Shown piece after piece: positions 1 through 13,744 of a DNA stretch of 64,000 bases (the stretch's first letter is position 1; each line of letters opens with the position of its first letter). The DNA comes from Mustelus asterias (lineage: Eukaryota), in the NCBI RefSeq assembly GCF_964213995.1, contig NC_135801.1:115072001-115136000 (forward strand), read 5' to 3'. The position numbers and the translations under genes are program-made. The notes beneath the pieces are model-generated. The model made no database searches and was not told the DNA's origin. It was given only the letters and a program-made list of their open reading frames with translations.

Positions 1-3000
1 GATTGAAAAGGCAGCTTGTAATAAATCAGGCCCTTTGGTTAATAAGGCGCCGTGACACACAATAGAGCCCGAACTTAGTACCTGTGTCTGGTAGGCGAGG
101 TGCAAGATGCAAATGACAGAATATTCGCAAGGAAAAATACTCGAATCCTCCAAATGGCTCTTTTGTGAGTTTCTTTAGAAATCAAGCAATTCTGCATGAC
201 AAAGAACAATTAATAAGCCGTCTTTTCACGAGCTAGCAGCTGGTACCCCGCCGGGAAAGTAGGGGAAAATCAGAGATGAATGCGCGCAAAAGTTTTATTT
301 TGCGCACCAACATCTACTGTTTGGAACTGCGGCCACCTGAACAATGTTGATGAAAAAAGGACACTTGTGAAGGATCAGGAGCTTTTAATAAGCATAAAAC
401 ATCTCGAATCACTTATGCCGGAGCTTTAGAAAGGCCTTTGGTTGGAGGTGGTGATGTTGGAGATGGTTGGACACGTGGCGGATCAGTTGTCTTTTTGGAG
501 ACTGAATTACGCGGCAAGCGCCCGGCTAGCACAGTGTGATTCTGCACTTATTGTCATTCCCTTCAAACTAACCTCTTCCTTTCAAAAAAAGTGTCAAGCA
601 GGTTGAAGAATGTCATCTTTGTTCCATTAGCGTGTGCCTCATATTGGTAATATAGCTAATTTTTTAAAAAAAGTTACTTTTTTGTCTCTGCGTATTTGTA
701 TTTGAAAGAAGCTGGACCTGGCTTGCTCAGGGGCCCAGACCAATAGAGCTACTTAATGTGATTTATACTACTTTTGTAAGAATCGAAGCTTTCCCCTCTC
801 TAACTTTAATGTCTGGGGCATGCACCCAGCATCTTAAGTACATCTCAGTTCGTGTGATAACAAATGGCAGATAGAGAGATGATGTTTCATATTCACATGC
901 TATTGCGGTAAATTGCCTCTGAGACCGGTAGAAACATTAATAAACGCTAATATTAATAAATGCTGATAAAAACCTTCCGTTTTAACCGATTTTAAATACT
1001 TTGGTACTAGAAATTGATCTGTAGGAGAGTATCCCCAAAATCTTTTTATTGTTAATCCAGCGTTAAACGCAAACACTAATAAGAGGATTGCAGAAATAGT
1101 TGGGTAAAATTTGGGCCCGTTAGTGCGGATACAGGGAGACGGGAGGAGTACGGTTGAATGAAGTACAAGTGATTTCAGTGCTGAAGTGTTTTATTTGTTG
1201 GAACACAGATAGGGCCAGGACAAAAGGGTCGCAGTTACTGTGATATTCTGCTTCGAACCACTCAGTAATGCTGTGTGCGATCATATGTGGCCATATTTAC
1301 AGACATGCGCGTGGGTCTGTCATTGGGACCCTTCGATTTGGTATATATAAATGGCGCATTTATTCGATTTTACGCAAAATATTAACACGTGACAGCAAAG
1401 CATGTGTACATAAAGATTGTTTCAAAACAAATTTTAAACTTTAAAACTTTAATATGCGACAGCAAAGTTTGTATATATAGCCACTTAGCGGCACCATAGT
1501 ACTATAAATATGCGGGGAGGGGGTGTTTGGGTTTATTAGTTTTGCTGATTAATCTCCTTATTAGATTTGCCTTTAAGGTGATATAAAATACATTCCATTG
1601 AGATGACGAGACGATGCCAGATTGCATAATGCAGTCACATTTACTACACCCTTTCATAGGCTTTGAACGGCCTTCACTGTGTGTCCACATTCTTCGCAAT
1701 AGCCACTGTCGGGACAGCCCTGGGAACAAGGCGGTAACAGCCAGCGCTCTATCCGCCACCACTGCGCTGCCATTTCAATGGGTTCAGGAACGGGTAATAC
1801 ATTCCCAATATAAATGGTACCGGGTCTTTGTACGCGTAATTTAACAAATGAAATCAATTTATTGCCGACAGCCAAACTGTATCCAGGAGATTTTTAAATT
1901 CGTGGTGCACTCGAATGTTGAGCTCAGACTCAATGCTGGGTGAATGATATATTCCACTGTTCTGAGCTGAGGCTTTCGATTTGTAGCAGTGTATCCTCCG
2001 GGACTCCTGCATTTTTTGTGAATCACAGCCGTTCTTTTGAAAGCGTTGTTTTAAAAATAAATTCGCACTGGAGTAATTTTAGAATGTGTTTGAACAAGGG
2101 AGGAGGGACTGAGACAACGTGTGAGAGTTTGTGCTATTGCGAAAACCCAGTGGAATCTTTGTGTTTATAATATTGAGTACCAAACATATGCTTGTTCGTG
2201 AATGTGTCTAATGTGGTATGAATGAGTTGGTTACGAGTGCGGGTCGTTAAAGTTTGTCTGACAATGTTGCAAAGTATGACTTTGTCTTATTACGCACTCG
2301 CGATTGTGTTTTAGATGCACATGATGCTCAGATAAAGGTTAACACAAGTCTATTGGCGCAGAGTGAGAGCAAAGATGCAGTCAGGGAAAGATTTCACTAG
2401 GTGCTACTTGGAGTACAAGAAACTTCAGGAAGATCCGCCCCCCCCCCCTCCCCCCCTCCCTCCCCCCCCGGGCCATTGCATCGCGGTCCAAGGTGAGAAG
2501 AAGTTGTCAGAACTCAGAGGGAAACAGCGGAGAAAGAAAATGGGGGTGACAGCAGCCAAGGTGTTCAGCATTTCAATGGAATTTCCTCCTTTAAGTCACC
2601 TTTGAATGAAGGCCAGACTCGGCACTATTTTAGATAAGCACGGGAGCTCAATTTACATGATAAATCCGTTTAGCGATCTGATTTGGACTCCGTTATGACA
2701 AGAGGTGTGTGATTCTGCAGGAGCCGCTTTCAAATCACTTGTGTTTACTAGTGCTGTGGGAAGTCATGTGAAAGTTTCTCTCTTCAAATTCCTAACGCGA
2801 GCTGAGGATTGGCGATCAGAACTAATTACAACACACATATTTAATTGGTATTGGACTCAGTTACCCCCCGTGTATCGAGTGACCTCAGGAGCTGGCAGTG
2901 TAACTATAGTCTACAATGGATTGCACTCGATACAGTTGCTATTTTTGTATCTGGTAGAGACAGGGGAGGGCGGCAAACTGAACTCCTTTATTTTCTCACT

Positions 3001-3050
3001 ACCTGTTCCTAAGCAGCAGTGCTCTTAATTTTTGAAATGGGCTGTGCCAT
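1..3050. promoter_or_regulatory. Transposon-poor, relatively CpG-rich non-coding island; candidate conserved non-coding/enhancer region
   Basis: No recognisable TE over ~3 kb in an otherwise TE-dense window. Many TAAT/ATTA and ACAAT-type motifs (e.g. 1540-1880). No credible ORF. Function is inferred only. Confidence 0.3.
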
Positions 3051-3679
3051 GTATCCCCAAACCTTCTGCTTGTGAAGTCATTGTTCAAGTGACTCGCATC
3101 AACTCTCTTTAAGGTTAAATCATAAGTATTTATTCATACATTCAAATCCGGAAGATGGTCATTGTAACCACACACACACATACACACACAAGAAGGGGAT
3201 AGGGAAGAATACAACTTTACAACTAGGAATAACTTAGGGCAAAAGAAAAACAAAGATAGGAATATTAATTCACATGAATATTACACTCCAGAATGTCAGA
3301 GTCCCTTGGGTTCCTTCATGTCGGTGTTAAAGTCCAGGTGGGTTCAGCTAGCTGAAAACAGCAATTGCCGAATTCATTCAAAGTTGGTGATGACACAGCA
3401 AGACGAGGTTGGTATACTGAGATTTGGTCTGACCTACAGGTGATGGCAGGAATCTTCCAGAGAACCAAGCTTTTGGCAGGTTTAAAGTTGAGGCAGTTTT
3501 GTTGTCAGTCTGGAGTCCTGCTTTGGTATTGACAGGCTGGGTGTTAACAGGAGACTACATTCCTGGACTCCAGGGGCAATGTTAAAATATTCCAAGGCCA
3601 AAGGAGCTTAGGTCATGTGGTGTTGCCCACTGATGAATCAGTTTCAGATTAACAATCAAGGACCCCACACACCCCCAAC

Positions 3680-3963
3680 ACATTCTCTTCCACCTTCTTC
3701 CATCAGGAAAAATATATAGAAGTTTGAAAACACATACCAACAGACTCAAAACCAGCTGCCATCAGACTTTTGAATGGTCCTATCGTATATTAAGCTGATT
3801 TTCCTCTTCACCCAATCTGTAACTACAACACTATATTCTGCACCCTATCCTTTCCTTCTCCCCATATACTTTATGAACAATATGTTTTGCAATTATGGCA
3901 CGTAAGAAACAATACTTTTCACTGTATCCCAGTACATGTGACGATAATAAATCAAATCAAATT
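3680..3963 (+). mobile_element. Rex1/Babar-type LINE 3' fragment
   Basis: Decayed HxLFHLLPSGKxYRSLKTxTNRLK-type C-terminal coding, then a tail ending TACATGTGACGATAATAAATCAAATCAAA. Same family as 33458-33745 and 43925-44250. Confidence 0.7.
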
Positions 3964-3969
3964 CAGATC

Positions 3970-5560
3970 AGTTTCTATATTGAAAACCTCATTCAAATCA
4001 TGCCTTAATCTTCTGCATACTGGAGAATGCAGCCCTAGTTTGTGTAATATCACCTCATCATTTAACTCTTGGAGATCGGATATTGTGTTACCTGAACTCC
4101 AAAAGTTAAATTATATTTTTGTGATCTTTGTTCATGGACTCTGTTTCTTTGGACCTCCACTATTTCTAGGTTTTTACATTCAGAATGTATCCTGATCATC
4201 CTTCTTAGGTTCAGAGTGGGTTACCTCACACGCACCTGTACAGAAATCTACTTGCTAGTATTTGTCTATTTATTTAAGATCGCTTTGTAGTTTTTCTTCC
4301 ATCTACACTGCACACAATGTTGCCTAACTTAGCAAACTTGGATATGTGGCTCTCTTCTCCTTATATAAGTTGTTAATAATTACTATATTTCACAGTGAAT
4401 AGTTGAGTCCTGCATACAGATCCCTGTGGGGTGCCAACAGTCACATGCTGTCAACTAGGGTATCTACCTATTATCTCTACTCTTTATCTCCTTTCGTTTC
4501 ACCAATCTCATAACCAGGTCAGTAATTTGCCTCTAATTGCATGAGTGCAGCAGTCTTTAATGAGACACTTTATCAAATGCCTTTTGAAAGTTCATATTAA
4601 TAATATCCATAAATATTCCCCTATCCATTACTTTAATCTGCTCTTCAGAAAATTCAATCAGGTTCATCAGGCATCATCCAATCTTTACAAATCCATGCTA
4701 TCTCTCTTGGATCATTGAAAGTTTTCAAGGTATTCACTCATTCTATCCTTAATTACTGACTCAAGTAATTTCCCAATAACAGATACCAGTCTAATTGGTT
4801 TATAATCTATATCATAGAAACCCTACAGTGCAGAAAGAGGCCATTTGGCCCATCGAGTCTGCAACGACCACAATCCCACCCAGGCCCTACCCCCTTATCC
4901 CTACATATTTACCTGCTAATCTTTTAACCTACACATCTCAGGACACTAAGGGACAATTTTAGCATGGTCAATTAACCTAACCCGCACATCTTTGGACTGT
5001 GGGAGGAAACCGGAGCACCCGGAGGAAACCCACGCAGACACGAGGAGAATGTGCAAACTCCACACAGACAGTGACCCAAGCCGGGAATTGAACCCAGGTC
5101 CCTGGAGCTGTGAAGCAGCAGTGCTAACCACTGTGCTACCATGCCGCCCCTCTATGTTCTCCTCTTTCATTTTCCTTAAATATTGAAGTAATAGGGACAT
5201 ATTCCAACCTGAAGGAATGGTTCTAAATTGAAAGAAGATTATAATTGTTACATCTGCAATGTTCTCACCTACTTTCTTTAAAGCTCTGGGATGAAAAGCA
5301 TTTGGGCCTTCAGATTTGTCACTCTTTGGTGCTAATATCTTCTTCATTACTGTTAACGGACTTACATTAAACTTGGCAAATCACTATCCCTGATTTAATC
5401 TTAGTTTCCTTGGATATCAGCATGCTGTAATTACTGACACAAAGTCACCATTTAACGTGTCTGCCATTTCATTATATTTATTTATAACTGTGGTTATATA
5501 TATTTTTTATTTATATTTAGTTTATATCATCATTGTCAGTTTTTAAGGGGCCAAGGTGGT
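3970..5560 (-). mobile_element. Old degraded CR1 LINE (RT region), interrupted by a SINE at 4810-5149
   Basis: Minus-strand remnants such as DKSEGPNAFHPRALKKV (ORF 4946-5347) and decayed AFDKV/KFA-like stretches. Confidence 0.55.
4810..5149 (-). mobile_element. tRNA-derived V-SINE (HE1-like) with CR1-type 3' tail
   Basis: Reverse complement begins GGGCGGCATGGTAGCACAGTGGTTAGCACTGCTGC, has a B box (GGTTCAATTCC) and a V-domain (GTGGAGTTTGCACATTCTCC...GGGTTTCCTCCGGGTGCTCCGGTTTCCTCCCACAGTCC), and ends GGCCTCTTTCTGCACTGTAGGGTTTCTATGAT. Confidence 0.85.
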
Positions 5561-7229
5561 GATTTTAATTAATGTAAAATATGTGCTGGAACCAAGCAGC
5601 CAATTTCTTGATAAATATAAGCTAGGAGCCCCATAATAAAAGCCTGGATTCTCTTTTGGCTGGGGGGGGGGGGGGGGGGGGGGGGTGGTTCTGGGGGGCA
5701 AAAGTGCCACAGTTTGAAGAGAGACAGCAATTTGCATGGAACCAGTGCTGCAGCTGGACTCTGCTGCCAATTCTCTCCCTGACATCTGTAAATAACATAG
5801 TGCCTCCCAACAATGTGCCAATGCCCTTGACACTGCAATATTGAACAGCGCTAAAAACAAAAAAACTGTTGGGGTTTCTGCTGTGCTTTTGATCTACTCC
5901 CCAAAGTTTTTCCCAGAAGTTTGGCGGAGATGCTGAGAATGAAAATATGATTTCTTATCGCCTGGCTTTACACAATTTCCCACTACAGGTCACCTATCCT
6001 TTATCCAAAACCCTTGGGCCGATTGCATTTCAGATAATTTTGCTTTTCAGATACCACACATAAACTTGCATTACAATAACCTAATTATAGATTATATATA
6101 GTCTAAAGTAAACAAAATAGCTGAAAAATTAAGATGTATCACTGAATAATAAGTACAGGATATCTATAATAAGTTTCTCTTTGACATGTCAACCACAAAA
6201 ATTGCAAGGTAAATAGTGCAGACAAACAACAAAACTTCCTGAGCTAAAGGTTGATGAGGTTAAAACAGTGGTTTTTGTATGTGTTCGATTTTTGGATTTA
6301 TGGATAAACGATAATTGGCCTATACTGCTGTACACTATTGCCCCATTCATAAACACACTTCCACCACTAAATATATTTTTCATTGTTGGTTGCCACCATA
6401 TTGTTATTGTGTTATGAGATTATGGGGAAAAGGGCCTAGTGGCCTACTCCTGCCTCTATTTCTTGTGTGTTCTTATGTTTTCTTTCAAATAATTTCCGAT
6501 CTGTTCTTCTCAAACACGGCAATAGGTTTTAGGGCCATTCCTCAATCTGAATGTAAATAGTAAATGTAGGAAACCATCCAATAAAATTCGTAGCACTAAA
6601 GGAGGCCATTTGACCTATTACATCTGGCTGGCTCTTTTCTAGAGCAGTCCAAATCTGATTTCACAGCCTGCTCTCACCCTAAAGTTCTGTATTTTTCCCT
6701 CCTTGAAATGCATACTTAATTTTTCCCTTCAGTCATCATTTCTTAACGTTCTCCTTACTGGTCTCTGAACTCCACTCCATACAAAGTTCAACTTGATAGA
6801 ATTCCATTCTGTTTTACTTTGCACTGAGTCCCTCTCATCTATTACTCCATTTCTTGCCAATCTTTATAGGGGTTTTGATGATTTTCAAATATCAGTCATT
6901 GAATCATACAGAATAATGGAAGTCATTCAGCCCATGGCTGTTGTGCATGCAATCTGTCAGACCTCCCCTACTCTTTCCCTGTAACCCTGAAAATGTTTCT
7001 TTTTCAAGTACATCTCCAATTCCCTTTTGGCAGTTGTTCATTACTAGTGCTTTCACCAGCCTTTCAGGCGTGCTCTGCATGAATGATAAAATGCAAGACT
7101 TTGCTCTCAGGCAGGGTTCCTTTTAAGTGGAACCCAGATTGAAGGTCTGGCGTGTGGGGAGGAGTCAGAGCAAACTCACCTGATCGATGATTCATTTTAT
7201 AGATATTAAAACCATAATTTCTGGGTTAT

Positions 7230-7690
7230 AAATGTTACAACAGAGCTGGAGTATCTACCTACTTACATATGGACTGAGGTAATAACAAATGTTATAGAGT
7301 TGGATCCCATTGTGGATCACCATGCTGACATGGTGGAGAGGCTTATGCACTCTGATGATCCCTTGACTGATGCCTTTGAGAGCTCCTTGCTCTTGATAGG
7401 GCCATCCATGGTGCCAGGGACAGGAGGAGATGCCAGACAAACTGTGATGCATAAAATCCGTAATGGCAGATCAGGCAAAGGAAGATTATGCATCTCATTG
7501 GCTGTGAAAGTGGAAGACGACTGTGGTAGCAAGGTAATCTTGGTCACCGTGTTCAACATTTCACGGAAATCTGATCACTAGCCCTTCAAGATTGTGTAGA
7601 CAATGATGGCGTCACAGGGTCCCCATATAAAGCAAAGCCACGTGCAGGCTCCTACCAGGCCCATATGGCGATGGACCGATGGAGAATTGG
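7230..7690 (-). mobile_element. RTE-clade LINE 5' region (degraded); further decayed RTE-like pieces at about 9560-10370 and 10930-11690
   Basis: Minus strand carries CATAAGCCTCTCCACCATGTCAGCATGGTGATCCAC, resembling RTE 5' regions. Heavily decayed, with no long ORF. Confidence 0.35.
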
Positions 7691-7699
7691 TGATGGGGA

Positions 7700-9535
7700 G
7701 GCCTGGATAGAGTGGACATGGAGAGGGTGTTTCCACTAGTAGGAAAAGCTAGAACCAGAGGGCACAAAGGAATGATCCTTTTAAACTGAGATGAGAAGGA
7801 ATTTCTTCAGCCAGAGAATGGTGAGTCTGTGAAACACTGCCGCAGAAGGCTGTGGAGGCCAGGTCATTGAGTGTCTTTAAGACAGAGGTAGAAAAGTTCT
7901 TGATTAAAGAACAAAGAACAGTACAGCACAGGAAACAGGCCTTTCGGCCCTCCAAGCCTGTGCCGCTCCTTGGTCCAACTAGACCAATCGTTTGTATCCC
8001 TCCATTCCCAGGCTGCTCATGTGACTATCCAGGTAAGTCTTAAACGATGTCAGCGTGCCTGCCTCCACCACCCTACTTGGCAGCGCATTCCAGGCCCCCA
8101 CCACCCTCTGTGTAAAAAAACGTCCCTCTTATATCTGAGTTATACTTCGCCCCTCTCAGCTTGAGCCCGTGACCCCTCGTGATCGTCACCTCCGACCTGG
8201 GAAAAAGCTTCCCACTGTTCACCCTATCTATACCCTTCATAATCTTGTACACCTCTATTAGATCTCCCCTCATTCTCCGTCTTTCCAAGGAGAACAACCC
8301 CAGTCTACCCAATCTCTCCTCATAGCTAAGACCCTCCATATCAGGCAACATCCTGGTAAACCTTCTCTGCACTCTCTCTAACGCCTCCACGTCCTTCTGG
8401 TAGTGTGACGACCAGAACTGGACGCAGTACTCCAAATGTGGCCTAACCAGCGTTCTATACAGCTGCATCATCAGACTCCAGCTTTTATACCCCGTCCTAT
8501 AAAGGCAAGCATACCATATGCCTTCTTCACCACCTTCTCCACCTGTGTTGCCACCTTCAAGGATTTGTGGACTTGCACACCTAGGTCCCTCTGTGTTTCT
8601 ATACTCCTGATGACTCTGCCATTCATTGTATAACTCCTCCCTACATTATTTCTTCCAAAATGCATCACTTCACATTTATCCGGATTAAACTCCATCTGCC
8701 ACCTCTCCGCCCAATTTTCCAGCCTATTTATATCCTGCTGTATTGCCCGACAATGCTCTTCGCTATCCGCAATTCCAGCCATCTTCGTGTCATCCGCAAA
8801 CTTGCTGATTACACCAGTTACACCTTCTTCCAAATCATTTATATATATCACAAATAGCAGAGGTCCCAGTACAGAGCCCTGCAGAACACTACTGATCACA
8901 GACCTCCAGCCGGAAAAAGACCCTTCGACCACTACCCTCTGTCTCCTATGGCCAAGCCAGTTCTCCACCCATCTAGCCACTTCTCCTTGTATCCCATGAG
9001 CCTTAACCTTCTTAACCAACCTGCCATGTGGGACTTTGTCAAATGCCTTACTGAAATCCATATAGACGACATCCACGGCCCTTCCTTCATCAACCGTTTT
9101 TGTCACTTCCTCAAAAAACTCCACCAAATTTGTAAGGCACGACCTCCCTCTTACAAAACCATGCTGTCTGTCACTAATGAGATTGTTCCGTTCTAAATGC
9201 ACATACATCCTGTCTCTAAGAATCCTCTCCAACAACTTCCCTACCACGGACGTCAAGCTCACCGGCCTATAATTTCCTGGGTTATCCCTGCTACCCTTCT
9301 TAAACAACGGGACCACATTCGCTATCCTCTAATCCTCAGGGACCTCACCCGTGTCCAAAGAAGCGACAAAGATTTCCGTCAGAGGCCCAGCAATTTCATC
9401 TTAATAAGGGGATCAGGAGTTATGGGGAAAAGGCAGGAGAATGGGGATGAGAAAAATATCAGCCACGACTGAATGGCGGAGCAGACTCAATGGGCCGAGT
9501 GGCCTAGTTCTGCTCCTGTGTCTTATGGTCTTATG
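7700..9535 (+). mobile_element. CR1 3' fragment (7700-7908 and 9401-9535) split by a younger antisense CR1
   Basis: ...MRRNFFSQRMVSL..LPQKAVEARSLSVFKTEVEKFLI stops at ...TTGATTAA and resumes TTAATAAGGGGATCAGG... into a typical CR1 tail. Confidence 0.75.
7909..9400 (-). mobile_element. Young 5'-truncated CR1 LINE; ORF2 RT and C-terminus with one frameshift near 8480-8495
   Basis: ORF 8471-9316 ([43 protein letters not shown]) plus ORF 8073-8471 (LYRTLVRPHLEYCVQFW). TGTTCTT-repeat tail at 7909-7930. Confidence 0.92.
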
Positions 9536-10371
9536 ATAGGGCCCTGTACTGGGAAGTCTATTATCTGTCATCTGTGTGCTGATTCTTGATATGTAGAGGC
9601 TGCCAGACAGCTCTGTTGGCACAGAGGTGGTTTTGCAGCAGCAGCAACACCTGATGTTAACCCCAAATGGGAAAAGGGCTAGAAAAGATGCCCTAAAAAT
9701 AGCCTGTCACACTTTCTCTAGGCTGGGGAAACCACAACCTGAGAGATCACCATCTTTGTGATCAAAGAAAGATAAAGGACATGTGGTGGGAAGAGAAAGC
9801 CTGAGAGATGCAACGGTTTGCTGACCATCATGATGTGACCAAGCTTTTTTGAAGTCACCAGGTCCATTTATAGACTAAGCTCAGGTGGATATAAGCCCCT
9901 TCACTCACAGGGTGGTACTTCTCTTCTTGAGGATGACAATGCCACTCGTCATATTGGAAAGAATATCTTTAACATCTCCTCAAAAGTGAATCCACAGCGG
10001 CAACAGAAACTCTCCAGGTTCTCCCGCAACACCCAGTAATAGAATCCACGAGTGACCCCCAACATTGTGGGACAGCTGTGACAACTCAAACGATTGAAAA
10101 ATAACAAACCTTGCAGCCATAATGGTGTTGCAGCTGGGATCTTGTAAGCTGCAGGGCTTCTGCTCACATTGAAACTCCACACACTCATCCTATGGGTCTG
10201 GAAGGAAAAATAATTTGGTATCATGAGTGTACATGTGAAAACTGATCAAAAAATAATGTGGCTTGTGAAAATGGAAGAAAGAGTTGAGTTCATTATCAAA
10301 AACAATAGAATGCATTTGCAGTGGATTTAGATCACCCTTGTGAGTTCCATTGATCTGGTACAATTTACAAC

Positions 10372-10925
10372 AACAACTTGCATTTATCTAGCACTTTTAA
10401 CACAATTAACATCCCAAGACACCTTACAGGAACATAATGAAAAGAGTTGGCACTGAGACACATAAGGAAGCCAGATGATCAAAAGCCAAGAAGAGGTAGA
10501 TATGAAGGAGCACCATAGAGGAGGAAAGAAAGGTACAGTAGTGGAGAGATACAAGGAGGCAATTCCAGAGATTGGGGCTGAAGCAGCAGAAGGCATGGCT
10601 GCCAGTGTGAAGTGATTAAGACTAGGGATGCTTGTGAGGCTACAGTTGGAGTGCAGAGATTTGGGGCAAGGTGATTGGGTTATACGGATGAAGGAGATTA
10701 TAGATATAGGGAGGGGCATAGCCATGGATGGATTTGAAAACAAAGATAAAAATTTTAAAATTGAGGCATTGTTTGACAGGGAACCATTGTAGATCAGTGA
10801 ACATACAGGGAATGGGTGAATGGGACTTGGTGTGAGTTCGGACACGGGCAGCAAGTTTAGGGAGGGGTAGATCATGAGAGGCCAAACAGCAGTACTTTAG
10901 AATAATCAACTCTAGAGGTAACAAA
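10372..10925 (-). mobile_element. L2-clade LINE 3' fragment
   Basis: ORF 10640-10924 includes DLQWFPVKQCLNFKIFIFVFKSIHGYAPPYI (L2 C-terminal motif). Tail reads ...GATAAATGCAAGTTGTTGTTG. Confidence 0.7.
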
Positions 10926-11757
10926 GACAGATGAAGAAATGCTGCTTTCAGAAGCTTAACTATGTCATGAGATTGGAGTTAGCCTGCCTGGGTTATAGAC
11001 CTGGAGGAATATTCTTCAGCAGTTATGGGTTGGTGAACATCTATGGTGCCTGATCAGCTTGGCATCATTGTATTGATTCTTTTTATCCCCCTTCTAGTGG
11101 AAGGGGCAACTCATTGTTTTTGTTTCCAGTAGATGAGGATTTTGCAAGATGGACCTAAATACAGATTACTTGCAGCTCCTGAATGTCTGAGAAACACAGC
11201 AATATATTTCTTGTGTATCACTCCAGATCATGGCCTTCAATTCCAGAGCCTTTTTCAAGCTTATTATTTTCCTCTTCGGCGTTGATGGAAAATTTGATGG
11301 GGTCATAACCATTTGTGTTCCTTAGCCACTCTTGGGCTATCTGAAATCAATTTAAAAATCCACAGGAAAATCTAACTTTGCAGGCAGATCAACTCCATAA
11401 GTTTGCATAAGTTTTTCAGTCGGCTGCTAAGTCCATTGCACAATCTGCAAAACATTGCCACATGTGGCGCAGTTTGGTGTTTGAAGGATTGGGTAGATAT
11501 TTGGAAGTCTGCGTGTTTCGTCCAACACCCCTGACAAAGCCTCTTGATGTATTAGATGCCTTCGTGAATGAGACTTCACCCTTCATAATCCTGTCTTGCT
11601 TTCAGATAACCACTTAATAAAGGGGATGTCAGAAAAGGTACAAACATCAATCACCATGTAAGGGCAACAGGCAACATCCCTGGGAAAACGTAAAAACAGT
11701 AAGAAGTTTAACAACACCAGGTTAAAGTCCAACAGGTTTATTTGGTAGCAAAAGCCA

Positions 11758-11794
11758 CACAAGCTTTCGAGGCTCTGAGCCCCTTCTTCAGGTG
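11758..11794 (-). ncRNA. Minimal type I hammerhead ribozyme in PLE pseudo-LTR (inverted copy)
   Basis: Reverse complement reads CAC-CTGAAGA-AGGGGCTCAGAGCCTC-GAAA-GCTT-GTG. Confidence 0.8.
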
Positions 11795-12581
11795 AGTGGG
11801 AATTCTGTTCACAAACAGAACTTATAAAGACACAGACTCAATATACATGAATAATGGTTGGAATGCGAATACTTACAACTAATCCAGTCTTTAAGAAACA
11901 AAACAATGGGAGTGGAGAGAGCATCAAGACAGGCTAAAAAGATGTGTATTGTCTCCAGACAAGACAGCCAGTGAAACTCTGCAGGTCCACGCAACTGTGG
12001 GAGTTACAAATAGTGTGACATAAACCCAATATCCCGGTTGAGGCCGTCCTTGTGTGTGCGGAACTTGGCTATCAGTTTCTGCTCAGCGACTCTGCGCTGT
12101 CGTGTGTCGCGAAGGCCGCCTTGGAGAACGCTTACCCGAATATCAGAGGCCGAATGCCCGTGACCGCTGAAGTGCTCCCCAACAGGAAGAGAACAGTCTT
12201 GCCTGGTGATTGTCGAGCGGTGTTCATTCATCCGTTGTCGCAGCGTCTGCATAGTTTCCCCAATGTACCATGCCTCGGGACATCCTTTCTTGCAGCGTAT
12301 CAGGTAGACAACGTTGGCCGAGTTGCAAGAGTATGTACCGTGTACCTGGTGGATGGTGTTCTCACGTGAGATGATGGCATCTGTGTCGATGATCCGGCAT
12401 GTCTTGCAGAGGTTGCTGTGGCAGGGTTGTGTGGTGTCTTGGTCACTGTTCTCCTGAAGGCTGGGTAGTTTGCTGCGGACAATGGTCTGTTTGAGGTTGT
12501 GCGGTTGTTTGAAGGCAAGAAGTGGGGGTGTGGGGATGGCCTTGGCGAGATGTTCGTCTTCATCAATGACATGTTGAAGGC

Positions 12582-13535
12582 TTGGACACGCGCATCTCCA
12601 TTAAGGACGGTCACCTCAGCACCTCACTGTACCGCAAGCCCACGGATAACCTCACGATGCTCCACTTCTCCAGCTTCCACCCTAAACACGTTAAAGAAGC
12701 TATCCCCTACGGACAAGCCCTCCGTATACACAGGATCTGCTCGGATGAGGAGGATCGCAACAGACACCTCCAGACGCTGAAAGATGCCCTCATAAGAACA
12801 GGATATGGCGCTAGACTCATTGATCAACAGTTCCAACGCGCCACAGCGAAAAACCGCACCGACCTCCTCAGAAGACAAACACGGGACACAGTGGACAGAG
12901 TACCCTTCGTTGTCCAGTACTTCCCCGGAGCGGAGAAGCTACGGCATCTCCTCCGGAGCCTTCAACATGTCATTGATGAAGACGAACATCTCGCCAAGGC
13001 CATCCCCACACCCCCACTTCTTGCCTTCAAACAACCGCACAACCCCAAACAGACCATTGTCCGCAGCAAACTACCCAGCCTTCAGGAGAACAGTGACCAA
13101 GACACCACACAACCCTGCCACAGCAACCTCTGCAAGACGTGCCGGATCATCGACACAGATGCCATCATCTCACGTGAGAACACCATCCACCAGGTACACG
13201 GTACATACTCTTGCAACTCGGCCAACGTTGTCTACCTGATACGCTGCAAGAAAGGATGTCCCGAGGCATGGTACATTGGGGAAACTATGCAGACGCTGCG
13301 ACAACGGATGAATGAACACCGCTCGACAATCACCAGGCAAGACTGTTCTCTTCCTGTTGGGGAGCACTTCAGCGGTCACGGGCATTCGGCCTCTGATATT
13401 CGGGTAAGCGTTCTCCAAGGCGGCCTTCACGACACACGACAGCGCAGAGTCGCTGAGCAGAAACTGATAGCCAAGTTCCGCACACACAAGGACGGCCTCA
13501 ACCGGGATATTGGGTTTATGTCACACTATTTGTAA
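12582..13535 (+). CDS. Penelope-like element ORF (RT thumb plus GIY-YIG endonuclease), 5'-truncated but uninterrupted
   Basis: LSTSLYRKPTD...LHFSSFHPKHVKEAIPYGQALR (PLE RT C-terminus), a Cys-rich linker CHSNLCKTC, and NVVYLIRC...AWYIGET...RMNEH...AEQKLI...GLN (GIY-YIG). Confidence 0.9.
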   Translation: MDTRISIKDGHLSTSLYRKPTDNLTMLHFSSFHPKHVKEAIPYGQALRIHRICSDEEDRNRHLQTLKDALIRTGYGARLIDQQFQRATAKNRTDLLRRQTRDTVDRVPFVVQYFPGAEKLRHLLRSLQHVIDEDEHLAKAIPTPPLLAFKQPHNPKQTIVRSKLPSLQENSDQDTTQPCHSNLCKTCRIIDTDAIISRENTIHQVHGTYSCNSANVVYLIRCKKGCPEAWYIGETMQTLRQRMNEHRSTITRQDCSLPVGEHFSGHGHSASDIRVSVLQGGLHDTRQRRVAEQKLIAKFRTHKDGLNRDIGFMSHYL

Positions 13536-13744
13536 CGCCCACAGTTGCGTGGACCTGCAGAGTTTCACTGGCTGTCTTGTCTGGAGACAATACACATCTT
13601 TTTAGCCTGTCTTGATGCTCTCTCCACTCCCATTGTTTTGTTTCTTAAAGACTGGATTAGTTGTAAGTATTCGGATTCCAACCATTATTCATGTAAATTG
13701 AGTCTGTGTCTTTATAAGTTCTGTTTGTGAACAGAATTCCCACT

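Noticed and set aside
2363-5860. Proline/glycine-rich ORFs (2363-2605, 5543-5860, also 41615-42015)
   Set aside because: They are produced by poly-C/poly-G tracts, with no domain similarity or splice support.
11809-12614. Independent minus-strand genes
   Set aside because: They are the inverted duplicate of the Penelope 3' region and its alternative frames.
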